Positions 57,101 through 64,000 of a DNA stretch of 64,000 nt are shown in pieces. The position numbers were made by a program, and so were the translations under genes. Positions within the stretch are counted from its first letter, which is position 1. The number at the start of each line of letters is the position of its first letter. This DNA is from an uncultured Anaerolineaceae bacterium. Its GTDB lineage: Bacteria; Chloroflexota; Anaerolineae; Anaerolineales; UBA4823. Under the pieces are notes generated by a model, which did no database searches, had not been told where the DNA came from, and saw only the letters and a list, made by a program, of their open reading frames with translations. The DNA lies in the NCBI GenBank assembly GCA_964463505.1, contig CAYXDC010000003.1:10657-74656 (forward strand), written 5' to 3'.

Positions 57101-57194
57101 AACCATTGGCGCGCAGGACTTTCAGCAGGCTGTCTCCCGGCTGAACCTCGGCTTCAATGCTCTGGTCATTGACCTGTAGTTTTATGTTCATCAT
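54156..57194 (-). CDS. xanthine dehydrogenase-family [2Fe-2S]-Moco fusion subunit (E. coli XdhD-like architecture)
   Basis: 1012 aa. N-terminal GCETGECGACAV, CGYCTPA, CRCTGY. Pro-rich linker. Moco domains with GGGFGGKQE, AGAFRGYGVPQG and QIEGGMTQALGY. Confidence 0.9.
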   Translation of the reverse strand: MMNIKLQVNDQSIEAEVQPGDSLLKVLRANGYFGVKHGCETGECGACAVLIDGKPTNSCVLLAAQAEGHTIKTIEALGEHPEQGWRTTPGLHPLQQAFVETGAIQCGYCTPAQILAAQTLLENNPDPTEAEVREALSGVLCRCTGYLKPVQAVLRAAAVLRGEDVEPIGNPPPELAIPAPESWQPRPGEDEPLTESGLPGASAPTRTSIMPRIWVSSASKTWQQVGKPELKVDAVKLVQGKPAFTADFERRGMLIAKVLHSPHAHARIRHIDVSVARAVPGVAAVLTWQDIPRVAYSTAGQSDPIPGPLDSFSLDHKVRFVGDRVAFVAAETEDIAEQALKLIVVDYEVLPALFDPAQAQQPDAPRLHDEPEFVNFADSDASLNLAARIHIDIGDVERGLAEADQIFEAEYEVPKVQQAHIEPHVVITYWDEDDRLVIRTSTQVPFHVRRQLAPVLGLPIKRIRVIKPRIGGGFGGKQEVLIEDVAAHLTIATGRPVYFEYTREQEFIAARSRHPMRIRMVTGVKRDGTITANAMYALSDTGAYGCHALTVTGNTGHKAMALYVGDGVYRQSPNIRFYADVVYTNHPPAGAFRGYGVPQGFWPVERHMEKIARTLGLDPIEFRLKNALRAGELHPFSTAWSEGREPRPETIQTNGLEECVRQGKAVIGWDQKFSNPNWHQFSSSDGQAHPYLRRGIGVALVMQGTAIPYLDMGGASIKMNEDGSFNLLIGATDLGTGSDTVLAQMAAEVLGVPTEDLVVYSSDTDFTPFDKGAYASSTTYISGTAVVRAAQACAERIRARGARLLNERAGSDGPVLEANDILLRERKAISPDGRWVSLAEIGYNAMHHEDQEQIMGVGSFVSPVAPPPFAAQFAEVTVDIKTGQLTVDRLVMAVDSGTIVNPITASGQIEGGMTQALGYAVCEEMRYDEAGQARERNLRDYHIFQANEMPQLDTIFVETFEPSHPFGVKAVAEIPMDGVAPAVGNALRDACGVDIDANPITPEKIWRALQTT

Positions 57195-57202
57195 GCTCCC
57201 CT

Positions 57203-60106
57203 TTACAGTACTTTCTTGATGTCCAACGTTAACTCACTGGAGACGAGGCCATCCTGAGCGCCCAGGATCACAATCTCACCACCAGCTTGTGCTGAACGTA
57301 TTGCATCACCAAACTGGCGAAAATGCTCACCTGTTGTCGAAAGTACTTCGTTTCGGATCGCCTGGCGCATCGGGTCGTTAATACCGGTGAGATGGCGCAC
57401 AAGAGCGGTAAATCCTTGCGCGTCCGGTAACTGGTAGGCATCCAGATCGCCGATTGCCCCGATAATGGCTTTGGTGAGTTCCTGCTCATTTAAATCAATC
57501 TGGCTCAGGAAGGCGCTGCTTTGATCATAAATAGCAATCGTTTTTTCCAGATTGGGATCACGGTAGGACAAGAAAGTTAATATGCCGGAGAGCTGGTCGA
57601 AGGAGCACATCCCGCTGTAAGCGCCACCCTGCACGCGTACTTTATCCCACAACCAGGTTCCTCGCAGGTAAGGAGCAATCACCAGAGCGGAGCCGTGGAA
57701 ATCATAGCCATGCCAGTATAAGTCCAGGCTTTTGCCCACATAATTCACCTGGGCGGGGATGGCCAGCCCTTCTTGTGCAGCATATGCAGTCTTTTCCCAT
57801 AGGATAAGTTTGTGGCTGCCGTCAGGAAGGCGGTCCAGGAAAGCGTGCAGATTTGGCTGGACTTGCTGCCAGCTTTTTTGGTCCAGAGTGGTATTGACGA
57901 TCATAGCCTGGCGATTGACCAGGCGGCTGCGGATACCTTCGAGCGTGTCCAACACGCTGGTCCAATTGGTATCGACCTTTTCGATCAATTGGCGCAGGAA
58001 GAACAGGTAATCTATCCCGCCCATTTGCTCACTGGCCCAGTCTGCTTCAGTATGGTGCGCTCGCAAGCGACGATTTACCACACGGTGACCTGCCGGGATT
58101 AGCTGCGCTTCCATATCAGCTTTGGCTTCCAGGAGGATCTGCTTGAAACGTTCTCGGTTGTCCAGTTTGGCATCCAGGAGTAGATCGGTCAGGATGTTCA
58201 GCAGCTCACCAGTCTGACTGGTGATGGCCTTAGCATGTAAGAAGAAATAGGCTGCGCTGTTGGCTTTACCGTGCATATTGCTGGTGAACCAGTCCGCGCG
58301 GATACCTCCGGTCTCACGGCCGATGCGCTGTGAAAGGCGCACGTAATCCTGGCGAGAAGTGCCCATCTCCACCAGAGCCTGCCCAAACAGGGGCAGGTAA
58401 GGCAGCCAGGCAGTGGGCAGGGTGTGTAAGTCGAAGCCCAGGTTCAGATACACAATCCCGTTGGTGAATAAGTCATGATAATAAGTAGTTGTTCCTGAAA
58501 TGGTTACTAATTCGCCAGGGATGGTTTTGATCTGGGGATCAAGATCAACGAGCTTCAGCATGGGGATGGTAGCCATGGCAGCTGGTGAATCTGGAGTCTC
58601 CTGACGGCGCTGCAGTTCGTGCATATCGGATACGACTGCCTTTAGATCGTTGGGACTCATCTTCGCCTGCTCGGCAGCCAGCCTATCAGTTTCGGCAGCC
58701 TCCATTTGCTGCGCCAGTTTGGGGTCCGGCTCTAAAGTTAAGGTTACACGGTGCGGATTATCCACCAGGAAGGTTTGAATCAGATTCTCAAAATAATGAG
58801 TGCCAGAAGCGGCTTTGGTTTTGATGCTTGCCAGCGGGGCTTCAAAGACCAGGGACGAGAAGGGATCGCCATCATGTAACCACGTATTGAGCGCCCGTAA
58901 CATCAACGAGAGGCCGCGTGGGAATGAGCCGGTGTTGTTCTCGCGCAACCTGAATTCGATTGTATTCAATGACGCCGCAATGGTTTCAGGATCGATGCCT
59001 GTATGAGCCAGCTCTTGCAGGGTATCCAGGACAAGTTTCTCGACCTTACTGGTCTCTTGCGCATGGACGCCTTTCAAGCCGGTGGAAAAGTACATTTGGC
59101 GCAGTTCAGTCGCCAGTCCACGTCCGGTCAGGTCTTCACCCAGGCCAGAGTCGATCAAGGCTTTGCGCAGCGGAGCGGCAGGTGTGCCGATCAAAATATG
59201 CGCCAGGATGCTAAGCGCCAGGTTGGTTTCCGGATCATTGTTTTCGGCTAGTAACCAGTTAACCGTCAGATAGTGGCGCGCATCTTCAGTATCCTCACCT
59301 GTGCTATAGGGAATACTGATCTGGCGCGGGTTGGGGAAATTAGCTTGCAAGGCTACCTGAGAATTTACTGGAATTTGATCAAAATCCTTCAGCCATTCAT
59401 CCAAAATACGCAGCCTTTCTGCAGCAGGATCGTCTCCATAGAAGAAGATGCGCGCGTTGGATGGGTGATAATACATCTGGTGAAAGGCTTTGAATTGTTC
59501 GTAAGTCAGATCAGGGATAACGCGCGGATCGCCGCCGCTATCCAGTCCATAGATGTTGTCGGGGAACAAAACATGTTGGCACTTCTCAGCCAGTAAGTCG
59601 TCTGGCGAAGAGTATGCACCTTTCATTTCATTGAACACGACCCCTTTATAGCTTAGCGCGCCTTCAGTATCGAGTTGTTCGTAATGCCAACCTTCCTGTT
59701 TTAGCGTGTAGGGAGAGATCAACGGGTAAAAGACTGCGTCCAGATAAACATCGATCAGGTTGTAAAAATCTTGCAAGTTTTGGCTGGCAACCGGATAACA
59801 AGTTTTATCCGGATAAGTCATGGCGTTCAGAAAAGTATTCAGTGAGCCTTTTAACAATTCCACAAAAGGCTCTTTGACCGGGTATTTGCGCGAGCCGCAC
59901 AGGACCGAATGTTCCATAATATGTGGCAGGCCGGTTGAATCCTGCGGTGGGGTTCTGAAGTTGATCCCGAACACCTTGTTCGTATCATCGTTTTCGATGG
60001 AAAGCAGTTTGGCCCCGGTCCGTTTGTGCCGGTAGAGACGAGCCTGGGAATTAATCTCTGGGATTACTTGCTCGCGGAGCAGTTCGAATTCGTCCAGTTC
60101 AGTCAT
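57203..60106 (-). CDS. M16C insulinase-family metallopeptidase (presequence protease PreP-like)
   Basis: 967 aa. HIMEHSVLCGSRKYPVKEPFVELLKGSLNTFLNAMTYPDKTCYPVAS contains the HxxEH zinc site and closely parallels plant/yeast PreP as I recall. Confidence 0.9.
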   Translation of the reverse strand: MTELDEFELLREQVIPEINSQARLYRHKRTGAKLLSIENDDTNKVFGINFRTPPQDSTGLPHIMEHSVLCGSRKYPVKEPFVELLKGSLNTFLNAMTYPDKTCYPVASQNLQDFYNLIDVYLDAVFYPLISPYTLKQEGWHYEQLDTEGALSYKGVVFNEMKGAYSSPDDLLAEKCQHVLFPDNIYGLDSGGDPRVIPDLTYEQFKAFHQMYYHPSNARIFFYGDDPAAERLRILDEWLKDFDQIPVNSQVALQANFPNPRQISIPYSTGEDTEDARHYLTVNWLLAENNDPETNLALSILAHILIGTPAAPLRKALIDSGLGEDLTGRGLATELRQMYFSTGLKGVHAQETSKVEKLVLDTLQELAHTGIDPETIAASLNTIEFRLRENNTGSFPRGLSLMLRALNTWLHDGDPFSSLVFEAPLASIKTKAASGTHYFENLIQTFLVDNPHRVTLTLEPDPKLAQQMEAAETDRLAAEQAKMSPNDLKAVVSDMHELQRRQETPDSPAAMATIPMLKLVDLDPQIKTIPGELVTISGTTTYYHDLFTNGIVYLNLGFDLHTLPTAWLPYLPLFGQALVEMGTSRQDYVRLSQRIGRETGGIRADWFTSNMHGKANSAAYFFLHAKAITSQTGELLNILTDLLLDAKLDNRERFKQILLEAKADMEAQLIPAGHRVVNRRLRAHHTEADWASEQMGGIDYLFFLRQLIEKVDTNWTSVLDTLEGIRSRLVNRQAMIVNTTLDQKSWQQVQPNLHAFLDRLPDGSHKLILWEKTAYAAQEGLAIPAQVNYVGKSLDLYWHGYDFHGSALVIAPYLRGTWLWDKVRVQGGAYSGMCSFDQLSGILTFLSYRDPNLEKTIAIYDQSSAFLSQIDLNEQELTKAIIGAIGDLDAYQLPDAQGFTALVRHLTGINDPMRQAIRNEVLSTTGEHFRQFGDAIRSAQAGGEIVILGAQDGLVSSELTLDIKKVL

Positions 60107-60133
60107 GATGGTTTCCTTTAAGTTCTTGAGCTT

Positions 60134-60901
60134 TCAGTTGCCCAGGCGATGCATGATACGCTCAACCAGGATGGTTGCTGTGGCTGTGCGGTATTCGGCC
60201 GACGCCCACTCATCCGAAGCCATACTGTAAGCGAATTGCACTGCCTCGGCTGCGCCACCAGGCTCCGGGCCATCCATAGCCAGACGTGGGAGCTTTCCGA
60301 AGCCTATGAGTGTGATCCGTGTGCGCCCTGAAGGCCAGCTTGCCACGGCTACACCAACAATCGGCCAATCTGCAGGAGTGCGTGCTACCATTTCCAGGTC
60401 CAGGCTTACATGGCTTGGGATGGTAACCTGCGTAATTAAGCGTTTTGCCAATTTTGTCTGGCGCAGAGGTAAGAGCTCGCCTAATGCAATGCCTTCACCT
60501 GCCTGATCGGATGCAGAGACAATGGTCAGTTGCGCATCCAGGGCCAACATGGCTGCAGCAAAAGGTGACCGCCCATCGCAGGCAACCAGCGTGCCTGCCA
60601 CAGTGCCGGCCTGGCGCAGGTTATAGCTTGTTTCGCGTTGGATTGCGGTGCGTAAGGCTGAGGGTAGCTCCACTAATTCGCCCATTGCCTGTAGAGTCAG
60701 GGTCGCTCCAAGGACTATCTGGTTCCCTCGTTGCTCAACATGGTTCAGGTTCAGAGCCTGTAAGTCGACCACTCCCACCGGCTCAGGTCCCAGGCTGTGT
60801 AGTGCGGTTCCTCCCCCGGCAGGCGCCATCCGCTTATCGCTGCGGGAGAGTAAATTTAATGCCTCGTCAAGAGTTTGAGGGCGATAATATGCAGTAATCA
60901 T
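60134..60901 (-). CDS. xanthine dehydrogenase-family FAD-binding subunit (CoxM/YgfM-like)
   Basis: 255 aa with YYRPQTLDEALNLL, PAGGGTAL, VVDLQALNL and AGTVAGTL. Confidence 0.82.
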   Translation of the reverse strand: MITAYYRPQTLDEALNLLSRSDKRMAPAGGGTALHSLGPEPVGVVDLQALNLNHVEQRGNQIVLGATLTLQAMGELVELPSALRTAIQRETSYNLRQAGTVAGTLVACDGRSPFAAAMLALDAQLTIVSASDQAGEGIALGELLPLRQTKLAKRLITQVTIPSHVSLDLEMVARTPADWPIVGVAVASWPSGRTRITLIGFGKLPRLAMDGPEPGGAAEAVQFAYSMASDEWASAEYRTATATILVERIMHRLGN

Positions 60902-60931
60902 TGGAGATTAGCCTCCGTTTAAACGTAAGGG

Positions 60932-61405
60932 TTACTCGGGATAGACCTTCCAACCCGTTGATTCCAGATCTGCGGATTGGGTATATGTATCTGGGATATC
61001 TACCAAGACCAGCTCAGCCTCGGCCAATAACTCGCCCTCTGGCCCATAAATTTCACCGCGTGCTTGAGCGGTGCGGCGCTTGCTGATGCCAGCTTTTCCG
61101 ACCAACTTGAGCTGTTGACCGGTAGGCACGTTTTTCCGATAATGGATATGCATATTGGCGGTGAACATAAAACGCCCCTGCCGGTTGGGATCGTTAAACA
61201 TTTGACTGCGTGAGCCGGCTTCATCGAGCATTGCCGCAATAATGCCACCATGCACTACACCTGGATAACTTTGATACTCGTCTGAGAGCACCACATTCGA
61301 GATGATCTCTCCAGGCGCCGTTTGGTAAAATCGCAACTTCAAACCAAGTGGATTGGCAAGCCCGCAAACAAAGCAGTGTTGAGAATTAGGTTGGGGAGTG
61401 GGCAA
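60932..61405 (-). CDS. hotdog-fold thioesterase (PaaI/YbgC-like)
   Basis: CFVCGLANPLGLKLRFY and PGVVHGGIIAAMLDEA motifs. First gene of the long minus-strand unit. Confidence 0.78.
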   Translation of the reverse strand: MPTPQPNSQHCFVCGLANPLGLKLRFYQTAPGEIISNVVLSDEYQSYPGVVHGGIIAAMLDEAGSRSQMFNDPNRQGRFMFTANMHIHYRKNVPTGQQLKLVGKAGISKRRTAQARGEIYGPEGELLAEAELVLVDIPDTYTQSADLESTGWKVYPE

Positions 61406-61664
61406 GATGGTGCTCCTCCTGTTGTCGGGTATGATAGGTAGATCGCTTCAGACAAGAAAGCAGATAATTTAACAATGATCCGGAAAATTAATGGTGCTGA
61501 CTTATTATACTATCCGGTTTGTTGATTTGCCCGGAGTTGTAAGACAAGCTGCTTTGCATCGATGGCGGATTGCGCCTGGATGGCATATAGATAAATCAAC
61601 CGGAGTACGGTATAATGCCCCCACTTTCATTGTGAGGAGGTGCTTGGTTAAAAATTATCGAGGG

Positions 61665-61855
61665 AAGTCAGCGCATGGCCCCAGAATTTTTCTGGGGTGA
61701 CGAGGATGAGGGTTCCCACCTGCGAAGGTGGGTTAACCGGGTGCAGAAAGCGGCGCATTCGCCGGCTGGATGCCCTGCAGGCTGCCAGTCTGCAAGTCGG
61801 GAAAATCGAAGGATCAGCGGAAGCCCTCCGGGTGTGCTACCACCCGATTTCTCTC
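61665..61855 (+). ncRNA. glmS ribozyme (GlcN6P-dependent self-cleaving riboswitch)
   Basis: A|GCGC cleavage-site context at 61670/61671, then P1 hairpin GGCCCCAGAAUUUUUCUGGGG. UGACGAGGAUGAGGGUU matches B. subtilis UGACGAGGAUGGAGGUU. CGGCUGGAUGCC..GGCUG matches CGGCGGAUGCC..GGCUG. Located directly upstream of glmS; 3' boundary approximate. Confidence 0.85.
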
Positions 61856-62018
61856 CCTCCTACAAGAAATACAGATAAATGCTAACCAGGTAACTGGATA
61901 GATAAAACCCTGTGTGAGTAGCTCATGGAATGGCGCTTGCCTGCTGGTTGGGTTCTAATCCCGACCTGTTTAGACTGGCGCGAAAAATCAGACATCACTG
62001 ATGGAGGGATTTTCGATA

Positions 62019-63860
62019 ATGTGTGGAATAGTTGGATATATAGGGCCGCAGGATGCTACACCCATCATCCTGAATGGTCTAAAACGCCTGGAGTACCGCG
62101 GTTACGATTCGGCCGGTCTGGCCGTGCTGGAAAATTCGCACATCGAAGTGCGGCGTGATGCAGGTAAGCTGGCGCGCCTGGCTTCTTTAGTTCATGATCT
62201 GCCAGTGCATGGGCATATCGGCATTGGTCATACGCGCTGGGCAACTCACGGCGAACCAAATGCACGCAATGCGCACCCGCACATGGGCATGACTGGTGAT
62301 GTTGTCGTTGTCCACAATGGGATTGTGGAGAATTATCTGGCCTTGCGCGATGATTTACTGGCGGAAGGGATAATTTTTAAGTCTGAGACGGACAGCGAGG
62401 TGATTGTTCATCTGGTAGAGCGTTACCTGGGGGCTGGTAATAATCTGACCGAAGCAGCCCGCCTGGCGCTCAGCCACTTGAAAGGCGCGCATGGAATTGT
62501 CTTGCTCTCATCACGCGAGCCGGATAAGATCGTCGCTGCCCGGATAGGCAATGCTGGGGGAGTGGTAGTTGGTGTAGGTGAGGGTGAGATGTTTGTGGCC
62601 TCGGACCTGCCAGCTATCTTGGACCATACCCGTCGAGTTGTTTTTATCGAATCGCAACAAATGGTGACAATTACCCGCCAGGGTTTGACCCTTCAATCCT
62701 TATCCGGTGAAATATTGCCCTATGAAGTCAATACAGTCGCCTGGGATCCTGTGGCTGCAGAAAAAGGCACCTACCGGCACTTCATGGAAAAAGAGATCCA
62801 CGAACAGGTGCGCTCGCTTACGGATACCATCGGTGGGCGGGTAGATTTTGACGAAGGACGGATCCTTTTACCGGAGTTAAACCTTACCTCTGACGCCGCG
62901 CGCAGCATAAAAAAGATCGTCATCACGGCCTGCGGAACAGCAGCTCACGCTGGGATGGTGGGTAAGGTATTGATTGAACATATCGCGCGCTTGCCAGCAG
63001 AGGTGGACATCGCCTCCGAGTTCCGCTACCGTGATCCGATTGTCGATGGCGATACAGTCGTTTTGGCGATCAGCCAGTCTGGTGAAACTGCAGACACCCT
63101 GGCCGCGATGGAAGAAGCGCGTTCCAAGGGCGCACGCCTGTGGTCGATCGTCAACGCCATTGGCTCACAGGCCATGCGTATAGCCGATGGATATATATCC
63201 ATGCTCAGTGGACCAGAAATTGGTGTGGCCTCCACTAAGGCATATACCGCTCCATTGGTGGACCTGTATATGTTGGCTATCTTGCTGGGGGATTTGCGGG
63301 GGGTATTGGATGAGCGCACGCGCCGCCAGCTCATAGCTGATTTGCGACTGATCCCTGACCTGGCTGGGCGCTGCCTGGATCGTGAAGCTGAAGTGGAAAA
63401 AGTAGCCCGCACATTACTAAATATTAACCACTGCCTGTATCTGGGGCGCGGAATAAATATGCCCACAGCGTATGAAGGGGCTTTAAAACTCAAAGAGCTG
63501 TCGTACATTCATGCTGAAGGCTACCCGGCTGGCGAAATGAAACATGGCCCAATTGCCCTGATCGACCGCAATATGCCAGTGCTGGTCATCGCTCCTCGTG
63601 ATCCGTGGTATGAAAAAATGTTCAGTCAGGTGGAGCAAACCAAGGCACGCGGCGGGATGGTGATCGCTGTAGCTACCGACGGAGATGAATTGATCGCCTC
63701 CAAGGCAGACCATATCCTATGGGTGCCTGAGACACCCTGGATGCTCAGTCCCATCACAACCGTGATTCCTCTGCAGATGCTGGCGTACCACATCGCCGCC
63801 TTGCGTGGATTAGATGTGGATCAGCCGCGCAATTTGGCCAAGAGTGTTACGGTGGAATAA
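62019..63860 (+). CDS. glmS: glutamine--fructose-6-phosphate aminotransferase
   Basis: Starts MCGIVGYIG (catalytic Cys2). Two SIS domains. Ends in LAKSVTVE. Confidence 0.97.
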   Translation: MCGIVGYIGPQDATPIILNGLKRLEYRGYDSAGLAVLENSHIEVRRDAGKLARLASLVHDLPVHGHIGIGHTRWATHGEPNARNAHPHMGMTGDVVVVHNGIVENYLALRDDLLAEGIIFKSETDSEVIVHLVERYLGAGNNLTEAARLALSHLKGAHGIVLLSSREPDKIVAARIGNAGGVVVGVGEGEMFVASDLPAILDHTRRVVFIESQQMVTITRQGLTLQSLSGEILPYEVNTVAWDPVAAEKGTYRHFMEKEIHEQVRSLTDTIGGRVDFDEGRILLPELNLTSDAARSIKKIVITACGTAAHAGMVGKVLIEHIARLPAEVDIASEFRYRDPIVDGDTVVLAISQSGETADTLAAMEEARSKGARLWSIVNAIGSQAMRIADGYISMLSGPEIGVASTKAYTAPLVDLYMLAILLGDLRGVLDERTRRQLIADLRLIPDLAGRCLDREAEVEKVARTLLNINHCLYLGRGINMPTAYEGALKLKELSYIHAEGYPAGEMKHGPIALIDRNMPVLVIAPRDPWYEKMFSQVEQTKARGGMVIAVATDGDELIASKADHILWVPETPWMLSPITTVIPLQMLAYHIAALRGLDVDQPRNLAKSVTVE

Positions 63861-63888
63861 ATGACTAACGGTCGCAACAGGTCTTTAC

Positions 63889-64000
63889 TTAGGGTTCTTT
63901 GAGGACCAGACCATAACCTTTGCCAGGGATATTTACGATATATTTTGGTTTGGCCGGGTCAAGTTCGATCTTGCCGCGCAGACGGCGAATTAATTGACGT
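63889..64000 (-). CDS. OmpR/PhoB-type response regulator, C-terminal winged-helix fragment (5' part outside window)
   Basis: The minus strand reads RQLIRRLRGKIELDPAKPKYIVNIPGKGYGLVLKEP followed by a stop. Confidence 0.7.
   Translation of the reverse strand, partial: RQLIRRLRGKIELDPAKPKYIVNIPGKGYGLVLKEP

Noticed and set aside
61491-61885. Three ORFs of 62-69 aa upstream of glmS
   Set aside because: They overlap the glmS promoter and ribozyme. The ribozyme assignment explains the conservation-like features.
61917-61967. tRNA-like D-arm (TAGCTCATGGAATGGCGC) and T-arm (GGTTGGG-TTCTAAT-CCCGACC) motifs in the right order
   Set aside because: Only 11 nt separate them, so there is no anticodon arm. 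No complementary acceptor stem can be formed, so this is not a tRNA gene. It may still be a leader hairpin.
1-64000. Scan for mobile elements, CRISPR arrays, rRNA/tRNA genes, reverse transcriptases, toxin-antitoxin or known defence genes
   Set aside because: I recognised no transposase, integrase or recombinase motifs, no terminal inverted repeats flanking a gene block, no regularly spaced direct repeats and no cloverleaf-forming sequences. This was a by-eye scan, so small elements could have been missed.

Overview
This is a dense, almost fully coding chromosomal window. It holds about 60 genes with short gaps and many 1-4 nt start/stop overlaps. Gene content and the frequent Pro/Thr-rich linkers suggest a Chloroflexota (Anaerolineae-like) genome, but that is inference only. 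All calls were made by eye from motifs, with no BLAST or HMM run.

I saw no rRNA, tRNA, CRISPR array, transposase, integrase or prophage signal. Two RNA elements are recognisable: a small SRP RNA (about 9671..9784) behind a near-consensus promoter, and a glmS ribozyme (about 61665..61855) in front of glmS.

Gene blocks in order:
- MacB-type ABC exporter with two FtsX permeases, an ATPase and an HlyD adaptor.
- Rieske/cytochrome b operon with two dihaem cytochromes c.
- Two tandem ECF sigma / DUF5667-like membrane protein pairs.
- Cell-envelope genes: DUF348-G5-3D protein, flippase, priming sugar transferase, LCP protein, and rsmA.
- A minus-strand run of Roadblock, V4R, REC-degenerate-GGDEF, polyprenol-phosphate mannose synthase and an MFS-like protein.
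- SsuABC-like importer, menA, an L,D-transpeptidase and an S41 peptidase.
- Membrane HdrD-like Fe-S oxidoreductase, folK-unknown-folP, acnA, then rsfS / thpR / CheY-like receiver.
- A roughly 23 kb minus-strand region dominated by two xanthine-dehydrogenase-family molybdenum hydroxylases and their maturation genes (MocA, YqeC-MocA fusion, YqeB-like, XdhC).
- glmS and a partial OmpR-type regulator.

The most interesting region is this hydroxylase locus. It looks like a candidate selenium-dependent molybdenum hydroxylase system with unusual subunit fusions. Embedded in it are a PreP-like peptidase, a CBS-pyrophosphatase and an AMP-nucleosidase-like protein that carries a large unrecognised N-terminal region.

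Other points worth a second look:
- an in-frame amber codon separating the signal peptide from the S41 peptidase body;
- a symmetric double inverted-repeat array in the 43.7-43.9 kb divergent promoter region;
- an unknown gene inside the folK-folP pair;
- the Roadblock/V4R/REC operon.

None of these is proven novel from sequence alone.
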